A stretch of DNA of 64,000 nucleotides, taken from Sphagnum compactum. Lineage: Eukaryota. Every line of letters begins with the position of its first letter. Positions within the stretch are counted from its first letter, which is position 1. A program made the position numbers and the translations under genes. Below the pieces are notes generated by a model, which worked only from the letters and a program-made list of their open reading frames with translations, was not told where the DNA came from and ran no database searches. Location of the stretch: the NCBI GenBank assembly GCA_965153455.1, contig OZ234494.1, forward strand, positions 7,254,001 through 7,318,000. Reading direction: 5' to 3'. Positions 25,915 to 38,659 of this stretch are shown piece by piece.

Positions 25915-27014
25915 CACTTCAATGTGCACATTAAAGTGAATAGTAGACCCCATCATGTGACCCTTCAATTCATGAACTCCTTGCACATTGACTTCATGTA
26001 TTAATGACATAACACACCAACTAATCCAAACCCTTGAAAACACATGTGATTAATGGCTTCAAGGCATATCCTACTTTTTGTAGCAATTATGTATACTAAA
26101 CATTATCAATGTGCCATGCATTCAACAACATGTCAGTTGAACAACTGGTGCAAGATTTGGTTGTATACCTCCACACCTTTCACCTACAACATGTTTTAAC
26201 CCACAAGTCCAAACATTAACTATGGTAAACTCATGTCCATGAGTTCCTACAAGCTGGACAAATTAAGACCTTTTATTCATGAAAAATATAGAAATCTTGC
26301 AATGAAAAAAGATCTTAGGAGTGAAACTTATGGAAAAAATGTTACAAAAGATGTTTTTTGTAAATTGAATTCCAGACTACCAAGGTCCTACATTAAATAG
26401 GGATTTTCTTAACACTCTTACAACATATGATGGTCAAATGAAAGGAGGGAAAATACCTCTAAGAACCACTTTCAAGACTTTTTTTGATGATCATGCTTGA
26501 CATGATCAGAATTGTTGTCGGGTCCAATAATTGCAACCCCAAAACTGCCCCACCTGCATTGCATGGAAATGCACACAATATTGTTACATCCATGGAACAT
26601 AAATTCTGAAACAAATAGATCAATGCAAAAAAGGACTAAGATTGGAAAGATGTAGTAAGTGAGTATTGATAAAATCAGGGAAAGAAAAAAGACAATAATG
26701 TCTACTATAGGCTTGAAGGAATTGAAGATCTAAAAGAAGCAACATTACCAACATGTAAATGGTTCAATTGTGACTACATGCAAAGAAAATAAAACATTTC
26801 CTACTTTGTGTTTGATTGCATAGACAATACATAAGTTCTTATTAAAAAATATTTTAATTAAACTAATTAGTGGAAAAACATGAAGAACCCATGCCTTACC
26901 AACACCAATGAATGTAACAACAGAAAATATAACATCACTTCGGTAGTGCCAAGCATTTGCTTGGAGCAAAACACTCCTTTGTTTCTCTCTTACTACCTTG
27001 GTGACCCAAAATAA
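25915..27014 (-). pseudogene. Internal fragment of a CDF metal tolerance protein gene (MTP6/MTPc1-like), four exons with introns
   Basis: Successive minus-strand exons: LFWVTK..LLQANAWHYRSDVIFSVVTFIGV (27014-26900), GGAVLGLQLLDP..SSMIIKKSLESG* (about 26550-26457), ELMDMSLP*..VKGVE, GVHELKGHMMGSTIHFNVHIE. In-frame stops; no N- or C-terminus seen. Confidence 0.8.
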
Positions 27015-27195
27015 CTTGCCACAACACAAGGAAACACAATTGGTTTGATTAAAAACTTATGTCATTTGCACATTGTTGAGAAGTGTTCATTTCAAATATA
27101 AGCTCACATATGGAGAAATTACAAAGACAGATGAACCACATATTGTAGACACAACATCACAATACCAGGTCTTTCCAATTCGCAACAAATTTCAC

Positions 27196-28786
27196 CTTTT
27201 CGTGGTCAACATGGCCCAGGATAGTGACAATTAGTGGGCGAGCAATAAGATGATCTAGTCCTCATCATCAAGAAATTCCATTGTCTTTTCGGCCATATTT
27301 TCAACCTTGAAAGTACCAACCTCCATGACTTCTACTTCAAACTCCTAGCAAATAAGTTTGATGGTTTCTTAATCCAATGTCCAGTTCATTATGATGGCAA
27401 TCCCTTTCTTGAAAAGAACCTTGATAATTTCATTGTCATTGATAGCAAGCTTTTGAGCCAACTCTTGGCATGAAAGTTTGTCCTTGCCAACCTCAAGTAT
27501 GTCAACACATATAGGTATTGTTACTTTAGTTGCTTCTGCACACATGACTTTATGGCTAGCCTTATTCATCTTCTTGCCACCTTTGCGAATTGGTGGCACT
27601 CTTGGAAGGTCAATGTTCAAATATGCAAAGACAACATCCAAAGATTTTTTGTTGTTATCAATCATTTTTCTCTTGACACCTTCAAAGTTATTGTTGGCCA
27701 TTTACACCAATCTTCTTTACCCTTTGAAAATAAAGACCAAGGAAAAAAATTTCAAAATCATTACCACGGAGAAGAAGAAAATCCAAACAGTTTTCATCAA
27801 AAGCTTTTAAACACCAACCTTAGGTGGGGGAGCTTTTGTAAAACCTTTGGCAAGCACAACCATGGCAATTGTAGTTGTTGTGGCAGGATTTACACTTGTT
27901 CAAGCTGATGATGCAATCCTTGGCCCCTCTCCAACATCTCTCAACACGGGTCCCTATACTCACTACTTCATTGCCCTTTGCAGGTGAAGCTTTTGGTCCG
28001 ATTGTTGTAACAACTTCAACACTACTAGGTGTTCGTGGCCTCAAGATGGGTTTTGCTTGAGTTGTTAAGGAAGGAGGGGGTTGTAAAAGCATAGGTCGGT
28101 TTGCAGCAGATGCTCCATTAACACTTGCGGAAGAAGAAACAATGTTTGCTTCTACCTGACTTTTTCTTGAGACACAAAGTTTTTCTTCTGCTAGCAATGT
28201 TTGTTCTCACTAAATTTTGTTTCTTAACTTATTTCCAACTCTCCATGCACTTGGTTTTGTTGTTTGTGGCCTAGGGTCTCTTTGCACCATTCCCCATCTA
28301 TCTATTACTATGGTTTGTTTTAATTCTATTCCATGTTCCAAGCTTCTCAACTTTTTCCAAAGTTTACCCTAGTGAGTCTATGGCACCATAATTTGTTATA
28401 GCAACAACAATATTACTTTTGCCTGGAGCAACTATGGGAGGAGGAGGAGGAATACAATCGTCAAGCTTTAATTTAGAATTGTTTGGAGCTTCATTGCGTG
28501 ATCCGTTTGCACTACCCGTGGTAGTTGTTGCTTCTTGTTGTTGTTGCATAGAAGAAAAAGGAGAGCTTTTTAGATGAAGGTTCAAGACAAGTTTAGGAGA
28601 AGGTTTCAACGGGCGAGTGTCAATGTCGGCATCTTGAGACTTCTTAGGAGGTGGTTGCATTGTGAGAACAAGCTTTGAAGCTAAAGACAACAAAGGACCT
28701 CTAGCATCCTCACCATCTCCTCCAAGGTGTTTGCACACTACGGTGACCTTATATGGATGTCACAATGGTAGTTTTTCTTATATTCC
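27196..28786 (-). pseudogene. N-terminal fragment of an organellar (plastid-type) translation initiation factor IF2 gene
   Basis: Low-complexity Pro/Lys-rich N-terminus, IF2-N motif ELAQKLAINDNEIIKVLFKKGI, then RPLIVTILGHVDHEK (canonical RPPVVTIMGHVDHGK), ending at a GT donor. Frameshifts and stops; the rest of the GTPase domain is absent. Confidence 0.8.
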
Positions 28787-30546
28787 CTAGATACAAGAAA
28801 ATAAAATAAATTAAATTAATTGAAATAATAGAAAAAGGGACTCATTTATCTAAATTTATCATAATCAACCTTCCAAGATTGAAAAAATCAAATCAAAATC
28901 ATGGATAAACAATAAGTAATGGGCTTTTGAATTTTGCTCACACTTTTTGTCACACTTGCAAAACTCATGGATATGGACTTTTATCTTACAATGTGTTAGT
29001 CTTATGTGTTTAAAACTTTAGAATATTGGATTCATCATGTTTAAGAAACTAAATATCCATTGAATGAATGAAATGTGATTTTAATTTATTATGTTATGGA
29101 CTTTTTTAAATCTCAAAATTATAATTATTTTAAAAGCCCTTTTAAACATTTAAAATAATTATTTTTTAAAATTTATTTTGTGATTTTTTTTTATATGTCT
29201 TATAGCATCATGATTTGAAATTGGAAATGGAAAAAAATTGTTATTTTCAATATCATCTAAATATTCATATTTTAAGATAATTTTCAACTACACTAAAAAA
29301 AGACTTTGTACAGGGACTGTAATTCGTCAAAATTATGACACCTTAATGTGTTTTTGCCCTCCACCTCCTTCTATTGGTCTTGTAGAACTAAGGCTTTTGT
29401 TAAAGCAGCGGGAATGTACATACATTTAGTAGCATGTTGACTTCCTTTACACCATTTGAAGGAAGAGGAGGAAGACCTTACCCATCTCCCAAGTAAGTTG
29501 CGTCAAGTCAAAACTCTATAGGAAACCCTTAGATTGCAAAGAGAAGTAACAAACAATTGAACAACAAATAAAGAAAGAGAACAACAACATTTGCAAACTC
29601 CGCAAATAACATTTTTCACACATCCAACTTCATGCTCCTGTCTATCACTACTACATCACATCACGCCTTTATCAAATCCTTCCTTCTTTGCAAACATAAG
29701 TCTATGTATGGATACATTAATTTGGCTTCTAGACATCAGTGTTACAACAGACAATGTAGTAATGATTCTATTTGCATTTTATCTTCCTTTGATTTAAAAA
29801 TAAATAAATTATAGAAATCAAATAAATAAAACTTCAAAATGATAGATAATGTAATGTATTACTAGATATTTTGTATGTATGGTGTAGTGCATAATGCAAA
29901 CATGTGTATCAAACAATGTGTTTTTTTTTCAAAATTTTTAACTTGCAAAATTCAACTAGTATTCTCACTCTTTCCACTATATTAGATCCATCCATCATCT
30001 ACTTTAATGTGTTTTGGTGTTGGAATCAAACGAGTTGGAGATGAAATGCTTGTTTTGTTGGTTGGAAATTCCAAGTAATGTGTGAAGGGCTTCAACTTAG
30101 ATCAAACTTAAGTACTGGGCTTATCACAAGATAATTGTGTAGGTAGAATTGAAGGCAAATGTTTGTGTTGAGATGCAAAATGCAGAATAGACTATGCTTA
30201 GAGCTGAGGTCAGAGGCATGCCCACCTAAGCATCCCAATGTATGTTGCAAGAAAAGGCCATTAGGGTTTGTTGATACATCTGCTTCAGAATTCAAGCAGT
30301 TCAACAATTCCAGTTTCATTGATGTGAATTTTGTGAAATGAATAGAGATCACTGCAAAAATTAGGATGCACAAATATACATGGCTTGAACCCATAGATTC
30401 ATGGGTGAAATTGTGATTCCTTCAAATCCCTAGAATCCAGTCTTCAAATTTATACTTTGGGAAAGTTTGGAAGTCAGTGTTTCACAATTCCTTCATGAAG
30501 TTTTCTAAAACAAGTGCAGAAAGGAACCCTAACAACAAAAATGCCT

Positions 30547-30927
30547 TGAACAGTAGCAGCACCCATCTCTTTTTCGACTTTGGCTTGCATATCACAGAGT
30601 GCGGCAGCTTCCTCTTCCATTTCCTTCAACCGCTTCTTCATCTCCTCTAGCCCCTCGTATAAGATAAGAATAGAAAACAGAGAAAAATTCTCATCAAGGA
30701 TTGCAAGCAAGCTGCCATTTGGGTTTCTGAAACCCCAACTTCGATTTTGAGTCAAAGCAGAACAACAGGCTCCAGAAGCGCGACTCTCTCACTCACCTTA
30801 GAAACGGCATCGTCCGGGACAGCATCGTCGTGGACTTTGATGCTCTCGTTTATGGGTTTCCATCAAGGTCGCCTTATTCTGGAAAAATGTCTTCGCCATA
30901 AACCTCATGCTCGTCTTCCATCATCAT
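30547..30927 (-). pseudogene. 5' fragment (exons 1-2) of a nuclear poly(A)-binding protein gene (PABN/PABPN1-like)
   Basis: Exon 1 MMEDEHEVYGEDIFPE*GDLDG has stops and ends AAG|GTGAGT at 30797. Exon 2 GLEEMKKRLKEMEEEAAALCDMQAKVEKEM is the PABN coiled coil. No RRM exon seen downstream. Confidence 0.85.
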
Positions 30928-31552
30928 TAGAGAACTCCGGACAAGGTATTATCTGCCCAGTTCATATATTATTCACATGCTGCTTGCACATGTATTCTAG
31001 GGTTTAGGATTCTAGGATGAAGTTCTTCACAGATGGGAAAGGAATACATACTGCACGTGAAGTTCTTCACTGGAGTTCAGGAATACAAAGATATTAAAGA
31101 CATTTGGACATTTGGGTTGTGAAGGTTTTCATTTGAAATTAGTTGCAGAATCTCACTGGTGAGTGCTAAAGTGATTAGCTGTATTGAGTGTTTGCTGCAT
31201 GGTGTTTCAAGCTAAAAACATGCACATCCACTCAAGAATAAGGATATTCCTCTTATATTTCATTTTAGCAGCACAACTGTAGAGCCTAAAATCAGAGTAT
31301 AGAACTTGACATTAAAAATTGTCCAGGAAATGTTGTAGAGTCTAGACAGCATGTGACCAACAAGATGATGATGATGATGATGATCTGTGCATGTAGGCAG
31401 AACCTTCAACTTAGCCCATGATAACATGTGTATCTTAACCTGTCTGCTATATTGCTGGGTTGGAACCACAGGCTTCCACATTGTTGTGTAAGGTTTTTCT
31501 AAGAATAGAAAGGATTGCAGCAGCTTTACAACAGAAGCTGGTTAGAAGTTAC

Positions 31553-31741
31553 TACTGTTGATGGTCCCTGAACAAGTGTGAGACTGGCACTTTTGTTCAT
31601 ACCGGTGTGTGTTTTTTTGTTTTTTGTTTTGTTTTTTGTCTTCCCTTGTTTGGTTCTTTCTGTGGCTTCCTGAGGAAGTGTTAGCCTTGCTGTTTCTTCT
31701 TCATCGTGAGAACGGAGATTTCTCTATTCTCATGAAAGATA
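31553..31741 (+). mobile_element. Short 3'-terminal copy of the same Penelope-like element
   Basis: Near-identical to the reverse complement of about 16860-17025, plus an extra 18 bp. Flanked by a perfect 11-bp direct repeat TTAGAAGTTAC (31542-31552 and 31742-31752). Confidence 0.9.
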
Positions 31742-33069
31742 TTAGAAGTTACCATGAAATGCAAGACCTGGAAAAGTTGATCCTTGGCTTTCTTGCTCTG
31801 TGAGAAACATCAGTGGTGGGACTTGTGCTACAATCATGAATGTAAGTTTTTTTGCTGAATAATCAGCAATGCTTCATACCTTTGTCTCCATTGTCTGTTA
31901 ATGAATGCACACATGGAGTATTGTGGAAGGATGAATGTGCACATATGTTGTACTCTTTAAAAGTCTGTAACAAACATCAACCTGACGTTTCAATTTAGAC
32001 CAATTAGCAGGGCATAGAAGAATGTCATGTTAGTAATTGGTTCCTGGGGATGGTTACTGGGCTAAGTGATTTGTATGAAGGTTTTCTGAGGCCAAAACTT
32101 TGCAATCAACATAAATTGACAATCTTGGCATGGGAGCTTTACTATGGCACAGCTTAGATGGTTCTAAATGTGTGGCAGCTCAGAAGTGACTCCCCAAGGA
32201 CCAGTCTTTATTTCCTTTTGGCAAATCTCACTTAAATCCAATCACCACTGATTAAGAGTGGAAACCTGGAATTTGGAACATGGAATGGGTTGAGCATTTT
32301 CCTATGAAAATGCATGATGGGTTGTGATATAGTTTTTAAGATTTGGAAGGGATCAGGCAGGACTCTGCATTCCAAGACACCGAGGTATCTGACCTGCTAT
32401 TTAGTCGTATATACACAACAGCCGTGCTAAAGGTATAATTGAATGCAAGGCTATAGACTAAAACAACAACATACCCAAACCTAGAACTATCTGATACCTC
32501 ACTGGAAACTAATGGTGCACAGAAAATTGTGATGCACATTTAAGTTAAAAACTCAAAACCTTGAGTTAGCGAGCATGTAATTCAGATTCACTGAGTAGTA
32601 CTGCATTTTGGACTGCCTCCTCCAAAAACTCAAGATAAGCATATCTGCAGTTCCAAACAAGTAGATAGATATCCTCAGTGATGTGTTCAGGATGTGAAAT
32701 AGCAAAGCCAGAATATGGTTCTGGCTAATAAAAATAACAGGGGCAAAAAATATGGAAATACAGAATTTCTTTAGATCCATGTGCAGCACACTATTACAGC
32801 ACAAAACATCTTTAGATCTCCAAAATATACCACATGTCTAGGAGATTCCAAAGAAAAACTCCACGACAACAACCCTTCGAAGGTTGTAACATGACAATGA
32901 GTGTGGCCGTAACCTTGTGAGAGTGCAGATAGATCCTGAACATCAAAGATAAGAGGTTCAGACATGATCAGAAAACTTGACATGACAGCCACCAAATTCA
33001 GGTTTGTAGGTTCCAGACTTCAGATATGAAACTGCATTGTATGAGTTCTTGTGCTTTCACCTATGCAGG

Positions 33070-33280
33070 TTTAGCAAACAAGAGTCTCCTGGTTTTGGCA
33101 GTGCCTGAATTCCACAAGGCCTTCCATCAATGACACATAATGGCATGGTTACAACTGGATTGCCAGTTACCGAGCACAGGGCCATGTAGCCTGTGAGTGC
33201 CCTCCAGTAAGGTACATCCACCCCAATGACTTGCAATGACCGACGCTCATAGCTGTGCTCATTGTGCCAAAATAGCATTG
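33070..33280 (-). pseudogene. Amidase-signature family C-terminal fragment
   Basis: VPYWRALTGYMALCSVTGNPVVTMPLCVIDGRPCGIQALPKPGD..LL matches the amidase C-terminal pattern (G.P...P....G.P.G.Q.....G.D..LL). No upstream exons recognised. Confidence 0.5.
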
Positions 33281-33419
33281 ATTGTCATACAACAACCCAA
33301 GCAATAGTTGTCGGGAACTGAAAACATGTAGTCACTTACAATATGAAACGGGATCTTGGCATAAATGTGAAATACACATACCAGGTTTCAATACTGCTGC
33401 ATATCCAGAAAATTTGAAG

Positions 33420-33755
33420 AATTTTGCCCTTTTTTTCTTCACCACCTCACTTCCTCCAAACTTCATCCACAATAAAAATCACAACAGGAGTATCTAAATC
33501 AAAATCCATAGAAGCTTTTTAAGTCCTTATCTCATCTCCTATTCACCAATGCAAAGGAAGACAAAATGTGCAAGGCCCAAAGACAGGGATAACGGAATGT
33601 GCAACAACTAAAGACATTTTGAGAATAAAAATCAAACAATTTGTTTTTTCATATTTAATAGTTAAACATGTGTCCTTTCGTATCTCAAAAAATTAGGGTG
33701 CACAGATATACATGGCTTGAAGCCATTAGACTCTAGATAAATCCAAAGAACAAAC
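33420..33755. repeat. Dispersed repeat with a direct copy at about 38215-38468 and a partial copy at about 30355-30400
   Basis: AAAAATCACAA.AGGAGTATCTAAATC and CACA.ATATACATGG.T.GAAGCCAT..GACTCTAGATAAATCCAAAGAA are shared. Confidence 0.85.
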
Positions 33756-36700
33756 TTTGAGGTAAGTTTTCTTGATCTTGGTGTTTTACAATGGTGTTTA
33801 TTGTTGTAATCTAAAAAGGCAAGATAATTGTTAGTGTTGATAATTTCGATTGTGGTGTCTGGTATGACGTGATTTTTGAAAGTAAAATTTTCAATCAATA
33901 TGACACCTTGACCAAATAGCCAAAAAGTTCATAGATGATTCAAGTTATGTTTATATTTATTATGAATTATTCCATCAGGCAAGTTTGACCAGGATCATCA
34001 TGAGGGTGAAATCTTTACACATTCAAATGCATGAATAATTGTTCTAGAAAATATTATATTTATTTTATTTTATTTTGGAATCGAAGTTAAATACAAAAAG
34101 GGGTTTGAAAAAATGGACGTGTTAATTATCTTTACAATGGAGTCTACCGCCGTTGTGTCTTCCATTCCAACATTTCAACCAACTTTGAATCTCACGTTTT
34201 TTCATACATTCCTTCAAGAAATTCAAATTTAAATTATCATACTTCAAATTTCCGAGGTACCATTGTTGTTATTATTATAGCAATAAAAGGAAACAATGTG
34301 AAAGGAAAATCATGATCACCAATGGTGAAGGTGAATTCAATCAAAATGTTTTTGCTCTTGAGAATCAGTTTAGGACTAAACATGACCACTAGTAAAAGCA
34401 AAAAATGTTAATCAATGTGCTATGGTTTTAATGAAAAACATGACAACAACAACAATAATAACAACAAATTATTGGATTCTATGAACACAACTTTACATTA
34501 TATTCTCCAAAGTGGTTGATGAAGGGGCAAAAACACAATTATTTCAACTACACACCAAATTCACAAGCAACCACCCTCTTGTGAAAAAGGTATAAATACT
34601 CTCACTATTGTTCTCTTCCATGTCAATTCCATAGATTGTATCTTTGTTTTACCATTTATTTGGTTGATTAGTAAATTTAGATTTTTTTTTCAAGTTGTTA
34701 GACTATTATCCATCCCCAATCTAACTACCCCTCCTCTTTGGAAATTATGTGCAAGATGTCATGTGTCGGACGTTGTTGTTGCTTCAACAAATGGCAATGT
34801 ACATTATAATTTGTGTCGTGTGAAAATAACCATCAAGAATGTGGACTATTTGCAAGCTTCAATTGCAATGACTAGAAATCTTGTCATTTTTACCATTGAG
34901 GACAAATGGTTCGACGCCATGGTGGGTATGTTAGAAGCTAATTTCTTCAATCAACCACACCCAAAACAAATTCAACTTTTAAACAAGACCATACTATGGG
35001 GTAAATTTATATTAACCACTATTTTTCAACTTGCAAGTTTCGAGGAACACATTGAATAAATGGTTTTTTGATCGAAATCATCTTGTGTTTTAGTTGTTTA
35101 TTTCCAATCAAACCATACAAATTTAGTTTATATGGATTTGAATGTACTCCTTTTAATTGTGAATTGTCATTTTCCATCTTCATCAAATCCTCATGTTGAT
35201 GGCAACCTACTAGTGCAAAATGAAAGCTTTATTTGATGGCCAAAAACTTGAACCAAAAATAATTAAGTTTTGATTTTTTGGAATTTGAATCATTTTTCTA
35301 GGATTTAAACAATTGACTATTGAATTCTTTGAAATTTGAATATGTAGGTTTTAATTTTTTGAATGTTTTGTAAAGTTCTATATGTAAGCAATAAACATGT
35401 TTTTGGATTTACAATAGTTTCCAAATTTTTTATGCCAATGATGTTTATCATTTACAACATTTCAATATTTACAAAATATCAATATCCATAATATTTGCAA
35501 AATCACAAGCTTTACAAAACTATGATATCATTTCCTTGATAACCTTAAATATCATTTCCTTAAAAACAATGAAGTTTATCATTTGGTGGTGTATTCATGT
35601 TGAACTAAACCTTAATTTATAACCTTAAACCTTAACCCTAATTTAACCCTAATTCCACTTTAACCTTTATTCATAAACATTAGACTTTAACCCTAACTTT
35701 AGCCCTTAAACCTTCAAACCTTAAACCCTAAACCCATACATATATATTATAAAAATTGTTAATAAATAACACAATACTTTTTCATCGTTTACTAATATTT
35801 TATATGCATGTAATCTTTGATTAGTTTCAATGTAAGTTATTTAGTAAAAATCTACTTTGTAATATGTGCTACCTTGTAAATTATTTTATTAGACACAATA
35901 AATTTATTACACTTAATATGTTTAAATATACTTAGAATAGGTTATTCTATTAATAAGTTAACCAAGGTAAGCTTGCCTAGGTTCCTAGCTTTAAGTTTCT
36001 TGCCAAGTCAACCTAGGTAGCTTCATTATAAGATATTTCATCAAATTTGTAACCACCTCAAGTTTGTGCAACCAGATGCAATTGTGATTCGACTAAATGC
36101 AACTAAATGTGACTATGATGTGATTAGATGCAACATAATTCTCTTAAATTTTTTTTAAGCTTAAGAATGCCTAGGTTAACCTAAGCTATGTTAGTAATTA
36201 GTAGTATAGGTTGACAAATTAATTCATCTTAAGTCAATATAGGGAGGTCTAGGTCTAGGCTAGGTTGGCAAGTAATAGGTAGGTTGACCTAAGTCAACCT
36301 AGGGTGTCCAATGTTAATTCAAGGTTAAAATTTTTGAGTTTTATAAGTTTGTGTGAAATATAAATAGGATAAATAAATGTGGTAGCGTAATGGATGAGGG
36401 CTTGAACCCCAAAGTGAAGGTGAGGGGTTCAAGTTTTCATTCTTGCAATTTATGATACCTAAGCCACTTGGCGTAGGTTAAATAGCCTATTCTAAACTTC
36501 TTGGGCTAAGAGTCCAACATTTGTTTTTAATCTAGGCCACCTAGTCAGGTGGGCTAGGTTGCCTAACATAGGTAGCTAGCCTAACTAGGTTGACTTTTGG
36601 CTACGCTAGTTACATGGGTTACGCTAGGTTGACTTTTGGTCATGTGCAATGACTCATAATGTGTATATAAATTTTTGACACATGTCATCCATCCATCAAG

Positions 36701-38605
36701 GCGTCTTTTGTAACATTTAGTCGAATAAAACAAGTAAGTTGAGATGGCATGCACTTTACACATCATACCAAGGTCATCGATGATATGGAATTTTTTATTA
36801 GGCCAAAATAAAAAATACTAGTCGATAAGATGATTGGGCTTTACAACTAAATGGGTGAAACGACATGGGTTTAACAACTCATGAGTAACTAGTTGCATAT
36901 GTCCTTCTTGACTAGGACAGTCACAAAGCCTAATTGCAAACCCAACATGTGTTGTTGTGGCACTTGGCCCTTCACATGGGCATAACTTGCAAGCACTATC
37001 CTCTTTCCCCCAACCTTTAATCTTCCATTAATAAAAGATTCCTTAGTGTGGTGACCTGATGGCAAGGCATGAAGGTATTTTAGTCTAACAATTTAATAGT
37101 ATAAATGAAAAGAGAACAATTATTGTGCAATTTGATTCTTTATATTTCTTTTACCTTTGCTACTCAACATGGAAATTTTCTCATTATAATGGAAAAGGAA
37201 CGTAAAAGCCAAACGTAAACATGCTTGTATGGTTGGAAAATTGAATAAAGTTGATTGGATCCACCTCAAGCCCCGATAGTTGTAGCAGAAAACACTACCC
37301 CTTTATTCCCAACATAGCCCTTCAACAATAACCAACTAGATTATGTGATTAGTTAGGCTTACAAATACTCCTCCCTAGGTATAAGAAACATGGGTGCATG
37401 AAGAGAGTGCAACTTATGGATGTAGTCAAGAATCACAAAAGATGATTAGAAAATACAACAATAGCAACTTTGGAGTAGGGAACCCACAAACATCAACTAT
37501 CAAATTGAACTACCATCACACAAGTTACAAAATTTCCATCCAACAACCCAACCATAGAGTTGTTGCACTTTGGTCCTTACATGCACAATGTGGGATTGGA
37601 TGTTAAGCACACAACCTCTTAATGGTAATTAAACGTCTATCACCATGGGTGCCATCCTGCTTTGGGTCCGAGCAACTTGTAGGAATTTACTTTTTTTGCC
37701 CCTCCTTGCAATTGTGATTAGCTTGCTTTTAAAATAGGAAAGAAAAATGAAAAGGAACAAGCTCTCAATCAATAGTACCACACATGCATGATTTATTAAA
37801 CAATAATTGGGTTACAAGATTTAATCCTTGTATGAAAAAAAAATGGTAACTTATATGAAAAATGTTGTTTCAACCCAAATCCCTTCAAGGTTATATGAAG
37901 AAGGTGTAGGGATTCATGCATTCCTAAATCATGTCAATTCCCATATTTTTGTGACAATAATCTTCATAATATAAGCGACGAACCAAAGCAATGTTCAATT
38001 GTGTTGCACTGATTTACTCTTCCTTCACATACAATCTCATTCTTTTTCTTTTTTGCACAAGTAACGCATTCATGATGACTATATAGTTTCGTGCTCAACC
38101 TTGCCTTCTAATTTTTTCAAAAAGGATTGAGAAACTTGAAGGAGGGGAATGTAAAAAAAGGTTGGCTCTCTATCCTTTTCTCCCTCTATTTCCAACCTCC
38201 CTTTTGGTTCCTTCCCCTTGTTGAAATTCGCAACAAAAATCACAATAGGAGTATCTAAATCCACAGAAGTTTAAGTCCTTCTCTTCTTCCTCACCAATGT
38301 AGGGAAGACAAATGCGTAATAACCAAATACATTTTGAAAAAATAAAATCAAACAATGTGTCTTTTCATACATAATTTAATAAAAGTTGTGTCTTTATGTA
38401 TTTAAAGAAATTAGGGCACACAAATATACATGGTTCGAAGCCATAGACTCTAGATAAATCCAAAGAATAAAATGCATTTACAAATATATTATGGACAATA
38501 TAAAATGCATGGAAATATTGTGAATGTTATAACAAATTTGGATCTTGTACAAAATGTATTACTGTAAATGCAATATGAAGATTATTCAATTTCTATTTAA
38601 TTTTT

Positions 38606-38640
<35 letters not shown>

Positions 38641-38659
38641 AATTATGTTGTCTTAACAT

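Noticed and set aside
35620-35735. Telomere or chromosome-fusion relic (also short runs at about 4603, 14150 and 44449)
   Set aside because: Only 2-3 exact or degenerate units each, which is common background in plant genomes.
36380-36450. Functional tRNA gene (also at about 59850-59930)
   Set aside because: Degenerate stems, no intact cloverleaf, and embedded in a repeat.
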